From assembly GCA_009103225.1 (NCBI GenBank), contig RHPI01000249.1:310006-374005 (forward strand): 64,000 nucleotides of DNA, read 5' to 3'. How positions within the stretch are numbered: position 1 is the first letter of the stretch; each line of letters begins with the position of its first letter. Below are positions 35,815-53,875 of this stretch, in pieces. Source of the stretch: Chlorokybus atmophyticus (taxonomy: Eukaryota > Plantae > Mesostigma and Chlorokybus algae). Both the position numbers and the translations under genes were made by a program. The notes beneath the pieces are model-generated. The model saw nothing but the letters and a program-made list of their open reading frames with translations, ran no database searches and had not been told where the DNA came from.

Positions 35815-38430
35815 ATGGCGGGCGGCGGCGGGGATGGTGTGGATGGGGGTGGTAGTGGCGAGCAGGATATGTCTCCCTTGCTTGTAAAGAAGCTGAGGGA
35901 GGAGACTGGTAGGCTGCTTGCCAGAGCACAAGCGCTTGTAGAAGCAGCTCAGAAGTACAATCACCGCTTGACGGATGAGGCGGAGCGGATCGCCTCCACC
36001 AGGTCGGTCCGGTTTTGACCGTAACAATAGGTGTGAACAGAGCCAGATTGTAACATGCATACATGCACCAAGAAGCATCAGTGTGCAAGGCTGGTCTGCA
36101 AGTCAACATTAAGAAGTCCACTTCAAGGTTGCATGTTGTGAGGAGGCTTCTAAGTAGGCTACTACTAGATCGATACACTGCTAGATCGACACGCCCTGAT
36201 CTCCGAGGCTGCGAGGTCAAGTTGCAAGCACACCGGTCACAGCTCACCACTTGACGGCATGCAACTGCTGTCAAGCATGCATCGTGGCTTGCTTGAAGTT
36301 AGCTAAGCATTGTCACGTTGATTGCCAAGCAAACCTTGCTACGATGACGACAAACGAGCAGGAGCTGCATGCATGCCGTTTGCTACTGCTAAGCACTGTA
36401 TGTTTACGAAATGTGTTGACTTCATGGCGCCCGCAGCACAGCACTTGCGGAGGCGCTTGCGGAGGAGAGAGCGGAGTTGAAGTCAAAAATCAGCAGCTTG
36501 GATGAGGCTACGCGGCGAGAGGTAGGCATGTGACCAAAGTCTTACACTTGCAAGATTGTTTATTTGTCGGCATGTGTGCAACCCATGACATGTGCTCCTG
36601 ACACCGTATGCACACGTAGGTGCAACACAATTTGGACATGGCGCAAGCAGGGGTGAACAACCGGGTCGTCAAAGCCTGCTTGCCACCACGGCCAAATGGT
36701 TGGCTGTCTTGGCAGTGTGATTCACTGCTTCTTTGGTTTACTGTCCGTAGTGTCAGTGTCACTTGCCGCATGCTAAGTTGCAATGTGGTGTGCATGTGCT
36801 CTGATGAACAATTAACTGATTGTCTTTGTGGCCAGGCTTGTACTTGCGCATGTTTCTTGGCAATGCCAATGTTGTGGAGCCCAGGGTTGCGCGCCGGCAT
36901 GGCTTGAAAGATGACTACAATGCTTACAAAGTGAGTTGCTGGTTATCTTGTTGTTGCAGCGTTTATGCCAGCTAATATTGGCTGCATGCTTTTGCTTGAA
37001 AATGAAGCACTCCTGGCTTGCCTTCCAAAATGTCAGTCTTTGATAATTGGCAGACTTTGTGCTGGGGAACAATATATTGGCTATCACGGCTACCTTGCAG
37101 AAGCCCTGACAGACGCTGTGTCACGGATTGTTGTGCTTGCGTGTAGGCTTGCAAACTGCAGTGCATATATGCTACACCTTGCATGCATCTCTGAGCAGTT
37201 GTATTGTAACAGGATCAATCAGCTGTCATCTTCCTTGCATTTCCAATTGCACTGCTGTACTGGATGCGCAACCACAGCGAGTGCATCAACTCCATCCCAG
37301 TAATTTTATACCAGGTGAGCTCGCATGAGTGCTTAGGTTAGAAAGCTAGTTTCAGGCTGTTGTGAAACATGCTCTTTATTGCTGCTGAGCGCACCTCTCA
37401 TGCTTGTGCGCCATACATGCAGTGCTTTCTGCTGTATTTCTATACGGCGTTGGCGCTACGAGAGAATGTGCTTGCAGCGAATGGCAGCAACATCAGGCCC
37501 TGGTATGGACAAAGCTAGAAAGCTATTCCTGGCTGGTCCATGCCATAGGCGTTTGTGTGGGGGCAATGACAGTGTCTCATCTCAGGTGGATTATACACCA
37601 CTACTGCGCAATGGCAATGGCTTTGACAACACTTACATGGCAGATAGACGGGCCAGACTGCGCTGAAAAGCAGGTTAGGGCACCGCAGATGAGCACAGCA
37701 GCAGCTGTGTATGTGTGCTCACAGCTCTGTCGGTCCAGGTTTTCGTTGCACGGTTCCTGTCATGGGCGCTGCTGCAGGGCATTGTCATGCTGCTGCAAAA
37801 TCGTTACCAGCGCAAGAGAACTTACACGCGCATAGCCTTGGGCAAGGTACACCCGCCTCCACCCAGTGCAGCTGTTCATGCAAGCCATCATCAACAATTG
37901 CATACATGGCCGGTAAAAGTTATGCCTGTTACTGTTATGCACAGGCAAGCACAATGGATGTAGTTGGCGGCGAGAGCTCTTCAGTCAGCACGGAGCTGTG
38001 GCTACTGTACCCGCTTCTCTTTGCACTGCAGGTACCATTTTGATCTACTCTGTGTTCTTAGAGCTGGCAAGTAAAAGCAAGTGCTCAGCACCGAGGCTAA
38101 TGTCGGTTGCCGCGGCAGGGGTTCCAATTTTACAATGCAACCCTGCTTCTGGAGTCCGTGTTCCGGCAAAAGTTCATGTGGCAGGTACAGGTGTTGTGCC
38201 TAAACTTTTCATGCTGTTCTGCTTCGTGCAATTGTCATCCAGCCACCATTCCTACGGTGTTGTGATGGTGGTGTGTGCTTTGACAGCTGTTCGTGTGCGG
38301 CGTGCTCTTCATGGTCATGGCCATTGGCAACACCTACAGCACTGCCGCCACCCTTGTACGCAAGATTGGCAAAGGCCGATACTCATCCATTGATGGCGAC
38401 AGCGTGAGTCGGCATGAAATTATGAGCTAA
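35815..38430 (+). CDS. TMEM120: TMEM120/TMPIT-family membrane protein (multi-exon)
   Basis: N-terminal coiled coil; WIIHHYCAMAMALTTLTW; FLSWALLQGIVMLLQNRYQRKRTYTRIALGK; MDVVGGE...ELWLLYPLLFALQ; VLMVMAIGN, all matching the recalled plant TMEM120 homolog. Middle exons and exact 3' end were not fully traced. Confidence 0.92.
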
Positions 38431-39317
38431 CAGTCTCTGCACCTGTGTCGCGCTTGCATCGAAACTGTACATTGTCACATAACGCCATCAAGTCACTTAG
38501 TTTGTAGTAGCACTTGTGTGCAGAGTTTTTAGTACGCAAGAGAGAAAAGTCGCTTTGCCTCATAATCTGCATTGGTGTTTATACATGGGCATGTTTTTAA
38601 TGAATTGTCGTTTATCGTGCACATGCACGCTCATGTGTGCACACATGTGGGCATCATGTCACTAGTGGTGTTATTGCCACCAATAGTGGGCCGTAACCTT
38701 TTTGAACATTGTGACTTCTATAAGCATATCGCCACTGTCCACGCGATAAACACGTAGTTTATCCATGCGCAACTTGGATTCCTAGGACACATTAAGTTTG
38801 ATGGACATTGGCACAAAACGCACTTTGCCGACAATCAGTCGAATCTTTACCCACACAAGGTTATGTCCGGTTGATGGCGGCAACATTGTCTTCTCTTCCG
38901 TCCCGTTTTACACCTAGTTGCAAATGTAATGAGTTGGTGGCAATATAGATGCAAACTTTCTATATTACAACTTACGGACATAAAAAAATGGAGGGTTGCG
39001 TTAGAGTGATTGTTGCTCTTTTCGATCAACTTAACCGGTGGGAATTGCTTCTTATTCAGCGTAACATTCACGCCGCGGTACGTGATAAGATATTCAGTAA
39101 GCAATGCCAAGGTTACAACCATTACAATAATGCTACCCTAAATTACCTTAACGTTAAGATTCAACTAAACAAAAAATCGCATCGTTAGGTCACCATTTGG
39201 TCACGCATGGATTTGATCAAATGGGATCGCAACGGTGACAACAGTTGCTAAAAAAGGCAGCAAATTGGCCAATCATTGCAGAGATGCATAACAGATGCTG
39301 AAAACTATCCGCGGCGG

Positions 39318-39831
39318 CAATTGCTTGCCAATGGCGACCCAAATTGGCTAGCGATTCGGTGCAATTGCAGCACAGTTAGTGGTTAAAACAGCCGCATTCT
39401 TGGCGGTACGAGGTCGGGACAGGCCCTATACACCAAAAACATGCCGCCACCACTCACCCTCGTTTTAACTGATTCACTCCACCCTTTAACGCTAATTGAT
39501 TACACGTTATAGGCACTGCGTCATCAAACATGGTCACCAACCGAACTAGGGGCCTTGGCTGATGATAAACACAACTGCTTGCCAACGGCGACCCAAATTG
39601 GCTAGCGTTTCGGCGCAATTGCAGCACAGTTGATGGCTAAAACGGCCGCGTTTTTCGTGGTACGAGGTAGGGGCAGGCCCCATACCCCAAAGACATGCCG
39701 CCACTACTCACCCTCGTTCTAACTGATCCACTCTACCCTTTTACGCTAATTGATTACACGCTATAGTTACTGCATCATTAAACATGGTCAACAGCCGAAT
39801 TAGGGGCCTAGGCTGATGATAAACACAATTG
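39318..39831. repeat. Tandem duplication of a 254-bp non-coding unit (two diverged copies)
   Basis: CAATTGCTTGCCAATGGCGACCCAAATTGGCTAGCG (39318) recurs as CAACTGCTTGCCAACGGCGACCCAAATTGGCTAGCG (39572); the copies are colinear without large indels through GCTGATGATAAACACAA. Confidence 0.9.
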
Positions 39832-40410
39832 TTGTACCATGTTGTGCCATTGCAACTCGCTACAAGCTTTAAAACATGCTCACCACGACAAGCGAGGTCG
39901 CAGTCAGCAGTCATGGGCGAACCATTTCATAAATGAGGCAAGCCTCACTTAAGCGCTGACCGCACCCTACAAGCTTGCATGAGCCATGCGTTCATGATGA
40001 GGTTTCAACGCGCATCTCTCGTGAGCCTTTTTGTGCAGGGGGAAAGGCCCAAACCAAAACCCCGTTATGTTTCATCAACCTTCACCGCCTCCTCATGAAC
40101 CCCACCAGGATTAGGGTTGTGGGTATGGTGCTTTGGCACGCCCCATAACCTTCGCAGAGAGCATTTGAACCGGTCATTGGTCATACACACCGTGGCTCTA
40201 CATTGTATGATCTATGCTGACATCAAGCTGAGCGCAACGGCTGGGCTTGCTGCCAAGTCATCAAAACAGACGGTTAAGATGGTACACATTAAGTTCAGAT
40301 ATTGCTGGATGATCACCGTAATAAGCTTTGGTTGTGACTGCCACGTGGCGGGCGATCAGTGCGGTTGTCGCCGCCGCTACCACCACGAGGTGGGCGGCGG
40401 CAGGGTTGCC

Positions 40411-47101
<6,691 letters not shown>

Positions 47102-48383
47102 GCTTATGTGTAGAAAGTGCCTCAGCATCAACATCAGATTGTGCTTTTTCCGAGGCATTGCTGCACAATTCCGAGGTGCTTTCGTCAGTAGGGCAGCGGC
47201 GGAGCTTGAACCAATATTGCTGAGGTTCATGACGATCACTAGCGGCTGGCAATGACAGGAAGTGGTGTTAGAAAGCAGGAAGGACTACTACCTTTATAAA
47301 AGCTTTCTGGTTGAACGGAGTCTAAACGCCTGCCTACCAAGCTTCTAGTATGTTAAGTGCAGCACAATGTGTATGTAGCCACACAACCTCTCTGGCGCAC
47401 TGTAGTATAGGGTATGTGAAGTGCTGTGTGAGACAGTGTCTCATAAGTTCAAGAAATCTGTACAGGTTCATGCTTATCTCGTTGGTCAGAAGTCCATAAG
47501 ACTTGATGATGATAAAGTCAAATACGGTGGACGTAAAAGAGCCTAGGTGCCTGATGCTAGCACTTTAATGTGAGCTGAGTGCATTCGTTTCAGATCTTGG
47601 TAGGGGTGTGCAACGTTGCTTATATAAGGCGTTTTGCACTAGGCTCTGGCATAGGGGGCCCCTTGCTTGGCGTTATGTTGGTGCTTGTTGATGTACTGAT
47701 TGCTGAAGTGGTTTTAGTTCATGCACTCAATAGCTACGCTTCTTGTCTGTCCTTGCTGTGCCCAACAACCACCGGTTGTACTATATAGATAAGCTGTGCC
47801 AAGCTGTGCCAAGCTGTGTATGCCATGTGAAACTGCGTGAGCAAGATGGGACATCCATACTATGGCATACACTTCCGTGAGTGAATGCATGGAAGACTCT
47901 TCCAGGAAAAGTAAAAGTTTATATTGAGATCATTTAAACACTGATTGAATAAGTGAACGGATTGCAAAGGTATCATTGAGACAGGACGAATAAATCAACG
48001 CTTTTGTGCAGTCCAGTGCAGAATGCTCATGTCAATAGCACATGCCTTCATGATAATCACTGGAGACCATTGTGCGGTATTTGTAGGCTGGTGTTGGTGT
48101 TGAGGGTGAGTAGGTGGTTAAACCGTTCTGAGACTAAGCTTTTGACAGCCATTTGAATGCACGTACATGTTGAAAGGAAGGGCCTGGGCCAGCCTATGTG
48201 CTTTGTTCATGCTTGCGTGGCATTTTCATTCGCTGCAAACTTGCGTGTCTCTGGGACGAGTTTCTGTGCTGGCCTCGTGCTCAGTCTGTCCACAACATGC
48301 TTAACCGCATGGATTCCCCTCCTGACTTCATCACTAAACATCTGCCGCAGCAATACCTGCACTGAAGTCTTTCACTGGCGACA

Positions 48384-49729
48384 CTAGCCTGGTGTTCCTT
48401 TCTCCTTACCAGCTGCGACTGTAACTCCACCGCCTGGGGAACCCTCGCTGCTATCAGGCGTTTTGCTGCCGCCATTAACTGCCACCTTCGCCCCTTGACC
48501 TGCTCGTTCCTTTGCTGCTGGCGAATGCACGGCGGCAGCAGCATCACTCTCACCGCTGGTTTCTGCCTTTGGCGTTTCCTCTGTGTGTGGACTTGTGCCT
48601 GGGCTGGCAGTCTTGCCCAAGTCTCCTGCAAGATGTCAGGCATCAGAATGCTTGGATGCTAGGATGCAAGTGGTGAGGTGAAGCCTCGCGTTGACAAAAA
48701 CCTTCCACTCTCAGTCGTGACGCGGTCTTCAGCTGCTTGCGCATGTCATAAGCATCCTCACCATCCGCATAATACTTGGCTTCAACATCGTGTATCCTGA
48801 AAGTGTGGATACACGCGTATGAATGGAATGTTAGAGGCATGCATCTCCCAACAAGTGGGACTTACTTATAACCTAGGGTCTCTGTGTAGAGGTGGAAAGC
48901 TGCCTTGTTGCTCTTACGCACGTGAAGCGACACATAGTCTGCCCCAAACACCTCAAACATTGCGAGTTCTGCGGAAGAGGCGCCCAGCTGTTAGGCCTTG
49001 AGAGAATGTTGACCAGATCAGCCAACAGATGTGTGAAGTGCTGGAATAACTTACGTGCAGCGCTCATAAGTTTGGTGGCAATGCCCAGCTTGCGATGCGA
49101 TCGCAAAACTGCCAGCGATGTTATGTGCCCATGACACTCATGCGACTCTTCTTCCCTACAAGTATTGAGATGAACCACAATGGTCATTATCTTACAGACT
49201 GCGTGCATGCAGATGCACTTTGCTGCACTACATGTACTAATGGGCAGGGCATCACAACATGGCAGCATGCAGCGCATAGTCGGCCAGCTGAATCAGTGAA
49301 TCGGAAGACCGCTGCTAATGCCTCACATTTTGGCGAGAACATAGCCGACAATCCGCTTGTTGTAGTCCTCTGCCACGTACAGAAGTTGAGGCCAAGAAAG
49401 AATGTGGTAGAAGTAGTACTGCACGAACACCACAACAGAAACAACCATCACATCTACTGTTCGACAAGCGGCGTAATGCACAAATTCTGCACATGCTCAA
49501 CGCGAAAAGCGGCCTTCATAGCCATGCACACTGGACATGCGTTGCGTACCTTCATCTGGTAGTTTTCGGGAAGGCAAAGCAGATTGCAGTTTTGCATTGC
49601 AATCAAGTCATCCACCTGCATGGCGAAAGACAACTCATCAGCCATGCCAACAAGCCAAGTGCATGCAAGTCAGCAGACCGAGCGCCTGCGCTGGTTTCTT
49701 CTCACCGTTGCTTGCCGAATGCAAACCAT
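48384..49729 (-). CDS. NAA10: N-alpha-acetyltransferase 10 (NatA catalytic subunit, ARD1); 7 coding exons
   Basis: Fully spliced in frame: [91 protein letters not shown]...[14 protein letters not shown], plus a low-complexity tail. Confidence 0.98.
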
Positions 49730-49970
49730 GGTGACTTGTAAACTGCAACGAAGCTCCCACTGCTGTACCTCGGCAACGACGTCGGCACCGCCGCCGCCAG
49801 CGACACCACTACTGCCACCGCCTTCACAAACCCTAAACTTGCTCGGTTTATTGTGATTGCAGTTAGGCTTTAGTTCAACAGTTAGCGTTGTACATTTAGC
49901 CAATGCTGATGCCTCAGTGACTGCTTGCGTGGCAGCGGCGGTGGTGGCGGTGGTAACGGTGTGGTCGAGC

Positions 49971-51740
49971 ATGGCGTTGATGTGGTCTGCGTCGTCTGTG
50001 AGTCGTCTGGTTGGCAATTTGGTCAAGGCGAGCCAATCTGGCGAACTCATTGCCCGACGCCTCCATCAACAGCCACGAGCAAGAAGGCGCAACTGTCCGC
50101 GAGGCAGCAGCAAGAACGCCAGCTTTCATGCACGCAAACCTCGACAGCTCACTGCTTGTAGTACCAGCTATCAGGTAATTGGAGACACGTAGCTGCTCTT
50201 CTCGTTCCTGTCTGGCGTTAAGCATGCTTCGGTGGTATATGAGCGTATGCGCTTGTTCGTTGTTTTCGCTTCATAGAATGCCAAAACGTTGGACACATGA
50301 CGCAGGTCGCTGCATACAATATGTCAGTGCCTGGGCCGTGAATGACCTTACGTACAGCATTGCACAAAAATGCCTTACGACTGGTGCAATGCTCTTTTTG
50401 CGAAAATGGTTGCTAACTCACTTACAGCTGAGCCCCTCAAGCATTGCTGCAGTGTAGGCTGCTTGTCTTAGCAATCAGTGCATGTGTGGGTTCCAAATGC
50501 TTTGGTGTCGTAGCTTGGAGAGGAAGCGTTTACTGGCGGATTCTAAATAGCGCGGCAGGTTCATAGGGTGGACTTCGCAAGCGAGACCTCCCCTGATCAT
50601 CATTTGCATGGAGACGGCAATGAGGCTCAACCCACAACAACATACGAGGTCGAGGTTGTCACTTCAATCGAGCGCGGAAGTGGGCTATCTGAGCCAGCTG
50701 GCGGCATACTGCTCAACTTCGTGCATGAGGACGGCACAGCTGTGCTGAGAAGGTTTGGCGCCAACAATCATCGCTTTCAACAGGTTGGTCGCGAATTGTG
50801 TCTATGCATGTTGCACTTGCCTTGGGCGTAGGCACTCACCTGCGCCTTGGCCAGGGTAGCGTTGACAGTTTTGCAGTGGAGGCTCCATCAACATCAGCAC
50901 AGCTTGCTGCGCTGTGGATTGCACCTCAGGTACTGCGCACATCAGCAAGGCAGTTGCGCACTTATCTTAATGCCAATCGGTTGGTTGTTGCACACAGTCA
51001 GGCAAGTGGAGGCCAGAGCGTGTGTCCATCAAACGTGGTGGTCAAGACCACATAGATGTCTTCAGGTGCGGCGAGCTGCTTGGCGATGGTGCAAAGCTGT
51101 CGGCAGCGGAGCTGAAGCCTGTGAGAGTCTCCCTTTCAGATACTGACCCGCAACACACTGCCGAGCTACTACAAATAGCACGGTTGCAGGTAAAGACGTG
51201 CTACTTGGTGTGCATGTATGGCATGTGCGCACACGAGACCACACAGTACTGCATTGCACAGGAAATGTTCATTCAATCTTTACCTCGCTGCCTAAACATC
51301 GGTGCTCTGCCAACATGCAGGGCTTGTCAGACTACCAATCCTTGAAGCAAAGACTTCTTGTGACAGATGTGAGCATCGCCCTTGCTGGCTCTGTCATTGC
51401 GGGCATCTTGGGGGGCACTGATGTCGCCAGGTCGTTCGGCATGGGTGCGAATGCTGGCCTCATCTACTTGCTTTTGCTTGAGAAAAGCGTGGACGCATTG
51501 CCCGGTGGCAGCCACGGAGGACGCAGCATGAATGACTTGGCGTCGCGCGTCCAAAACGTCATCAACAGCACGCCAGCGCGTGTTGCCGCTGTGGCTGCTT
51601 TGCTGCTATTTGCCGCACGAGGTTGGGGAGAAGGCGCGTCGGTGACAAAGCCGCAGCTTGTGGCTGCCGTGCTGGGCTTTCTGACGTATAAGGTTGCGGT
51701 GCTCGTGACCGCCGCAACAACACCAGCAGGCAATGAGTGA
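49971..51740 (+). CDS. Probable plastid protein: transit peptide, PLAT-like beta domain and AtpI/CGL160-like 4-TM domain
   Basis: Ser/Arg-rich N-terminus; YEVEVVTSIERGSGLSEPAGGILLNF...GSVDSF...LAALWIAP; then LSDYQSLKQRLL...SFGMG...YLLLLEKSVDAL...LGFLTYKVAV, resembling the recalled CGL160 C-terminus. Confidence 0.75.
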
Positions 51741-53875
51741 TTGCGGATGTGTAAGTACATAAGACACCAGCTTGCCTAGCGTTGTACAGAGTTGATAAAC
51801 TAGTGTGCGCTGCGTAGCTTGGCTTGTATAGTTCGTCAAAAGAGCTTGTACAGTTCATGTACATGTCGAGGTAGTTGTACAGTTACCCATGGCATTACGC
51901 GGCCATCATGAAAGCTGCTCAGCATAATAAGTGAGGGAATGCGCGCACAGCGACGAGCTTGGCTACAAAGAGAGTGTCATGCATGGCGTTTTGCGTGCAT
52001 GTTGTGATGACTGGTTCTGACATGTTGCAACGCTGCCTAGCGACAGCAATCACAGTGTCCGCAGTGTATTGTTGGCGGGTACAGAGTGGGCGGTGGCGGC
52101 GGTGTGGGGGAGGGAGGGGGAGTCGAGTTGGTCGGCTGTTGCTGCTGTTATCGCCGCCGCTGCAAGGACTGGCTCCTAACTACAGTCGCGCAATTTAAGA
52201 CTGCATTGCATATATGAATGACCCTGTGATTTGCTACGATGCTTTGTTGCTGCTTGGTCTAATTACCTCAATATTAAACCTATGCCTGCATAACTGACAG
52301 GGGGGCGATATAGAAAAGGTTGCGGGTAGAGGGTAGGTAGCACGCAAGTGCGTTGCTTAGCCCAGTGGTTGTGTTGTATATATGCAAAATGTGCATGTAG
52401 CATTGAGGTGAATATATCGTGCAATGCGTACTATGTTTTGTGCATGCGCAATTTTACATTGATCGGACACAGTGTCAGATGGGGTCGTAGCCGCTCTCCC
52501 AATTTCTTGGTGAAACCTTGATGGTATTTAATAGGTTGTGCCACTATATGACATGTGCCATCATGCGGATATCGTTGCATTTCCAACCAAGCCAGCCAGC
52601 ACGCATTGAAGTATATAACTATATACATCAAAGGCTGCATATGCATAGGGGAAATACATCATAGTCAATCACGTACACACACGCGTGCTCAGTGCGCAGA
52701 CACACAACCAATAAATGTATGTTCATGAGAGGATGCATATAGTTTGTTTAAGATTGAGAAACGTTGTGTAGGATGTAGACCATTTGCAGTCAATGCCGCC
52801 GAAGCATAGCGTGCACGCGGCAACATCAGGCAGAGGGAAGCAAGTCAACCGCATGTTGGGTTGGCATGTCATTCAGGTGTTATAAACGTCGCAAGTGGTG
52901 ATGACCGTGTGTGCGGCTACTGGCATGTGTCACAAGAGATTGCATATTAAGCGTTATATGCTGCGAGTCATAGTGTGCTTCTGTCCTATGCCTTTACCAT
53001 TATGCAAGTTGTTTGGCAGAATCTACGCCAACTGTCACTACATGTACATGCTGCCCTGTCTTCGTGCATATAAGTCTAAGCCCCATAGTGTAGGTGGTTA
53101 ACTTGTATCTATCTTGCTAGTGGTGTGATCATGTTGGCTTCATGGTTCAACACCAGGTTGCTTTCTGGTTGGCTTGCACTGTTTTGTGGCCCCTTTGTTC
53201 TACCCGGTAGGCTATTCTGGGTTCAGTGCATTGGTCTGCCCTGCTTCAGTGGCCTAGTGGCATTGAGCGGGGAGAAGTCACGTGGCACGGTGCGTGTCTG
53301 ACACCAGTACGGGCACCTGACTCAGCAGCTCGTATCCCCCGTGGCCCCATTGTACAAGCGCCCCGACACCATCCCATGAAACGGCAAGCTGACGGATAAA
53401 GGCAAGCTGTAGGGTCGTGTTTTGTTGCCGTCGCAACGCCTCCACATCTCTGAATGTGATCCATCAATCAGCATCCGACCGGTAGGCGCTCGAAGAGGGG
53501 TGTTCTACAGGCCATGTACCCAACACGAACTGATGTGAACTCATGACATGGCCGACGACGTGGTGAACGAAGTGGTGAACTTATGACCTAACCGACGACG
53601 GTGTGCGCCGGCGTTGCCGTATACGCGTGCACCATTTTCACGTGTTGCCAGTGATGGTCTCAACGCCGACGGCGCTTTTGCCTATACAGAGCCCTTTAAA
53701 TCGGAATTTCCGCCGACAGATCGGTCTTGTTCTCAATACAATGCATTGCTGATTGCACATAGTTTGCTGCAGTGTGCATCTGGCTGTGGGAATTGCATGG
53801 GTGTAACAAAAAGGTGTTGCTCCTGCAGTGGAGGCGGTGCTGGTGCCGGTGGCGGCGGCGGCGGCGGCCGTTGAG

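Noticed and set aside
47790-47820. AAGCTGTGCC x3 (also an 18-bp doublet at about 22876-22911)
   Set aside because: Ordinary slippage micro-duplications with no further structure.
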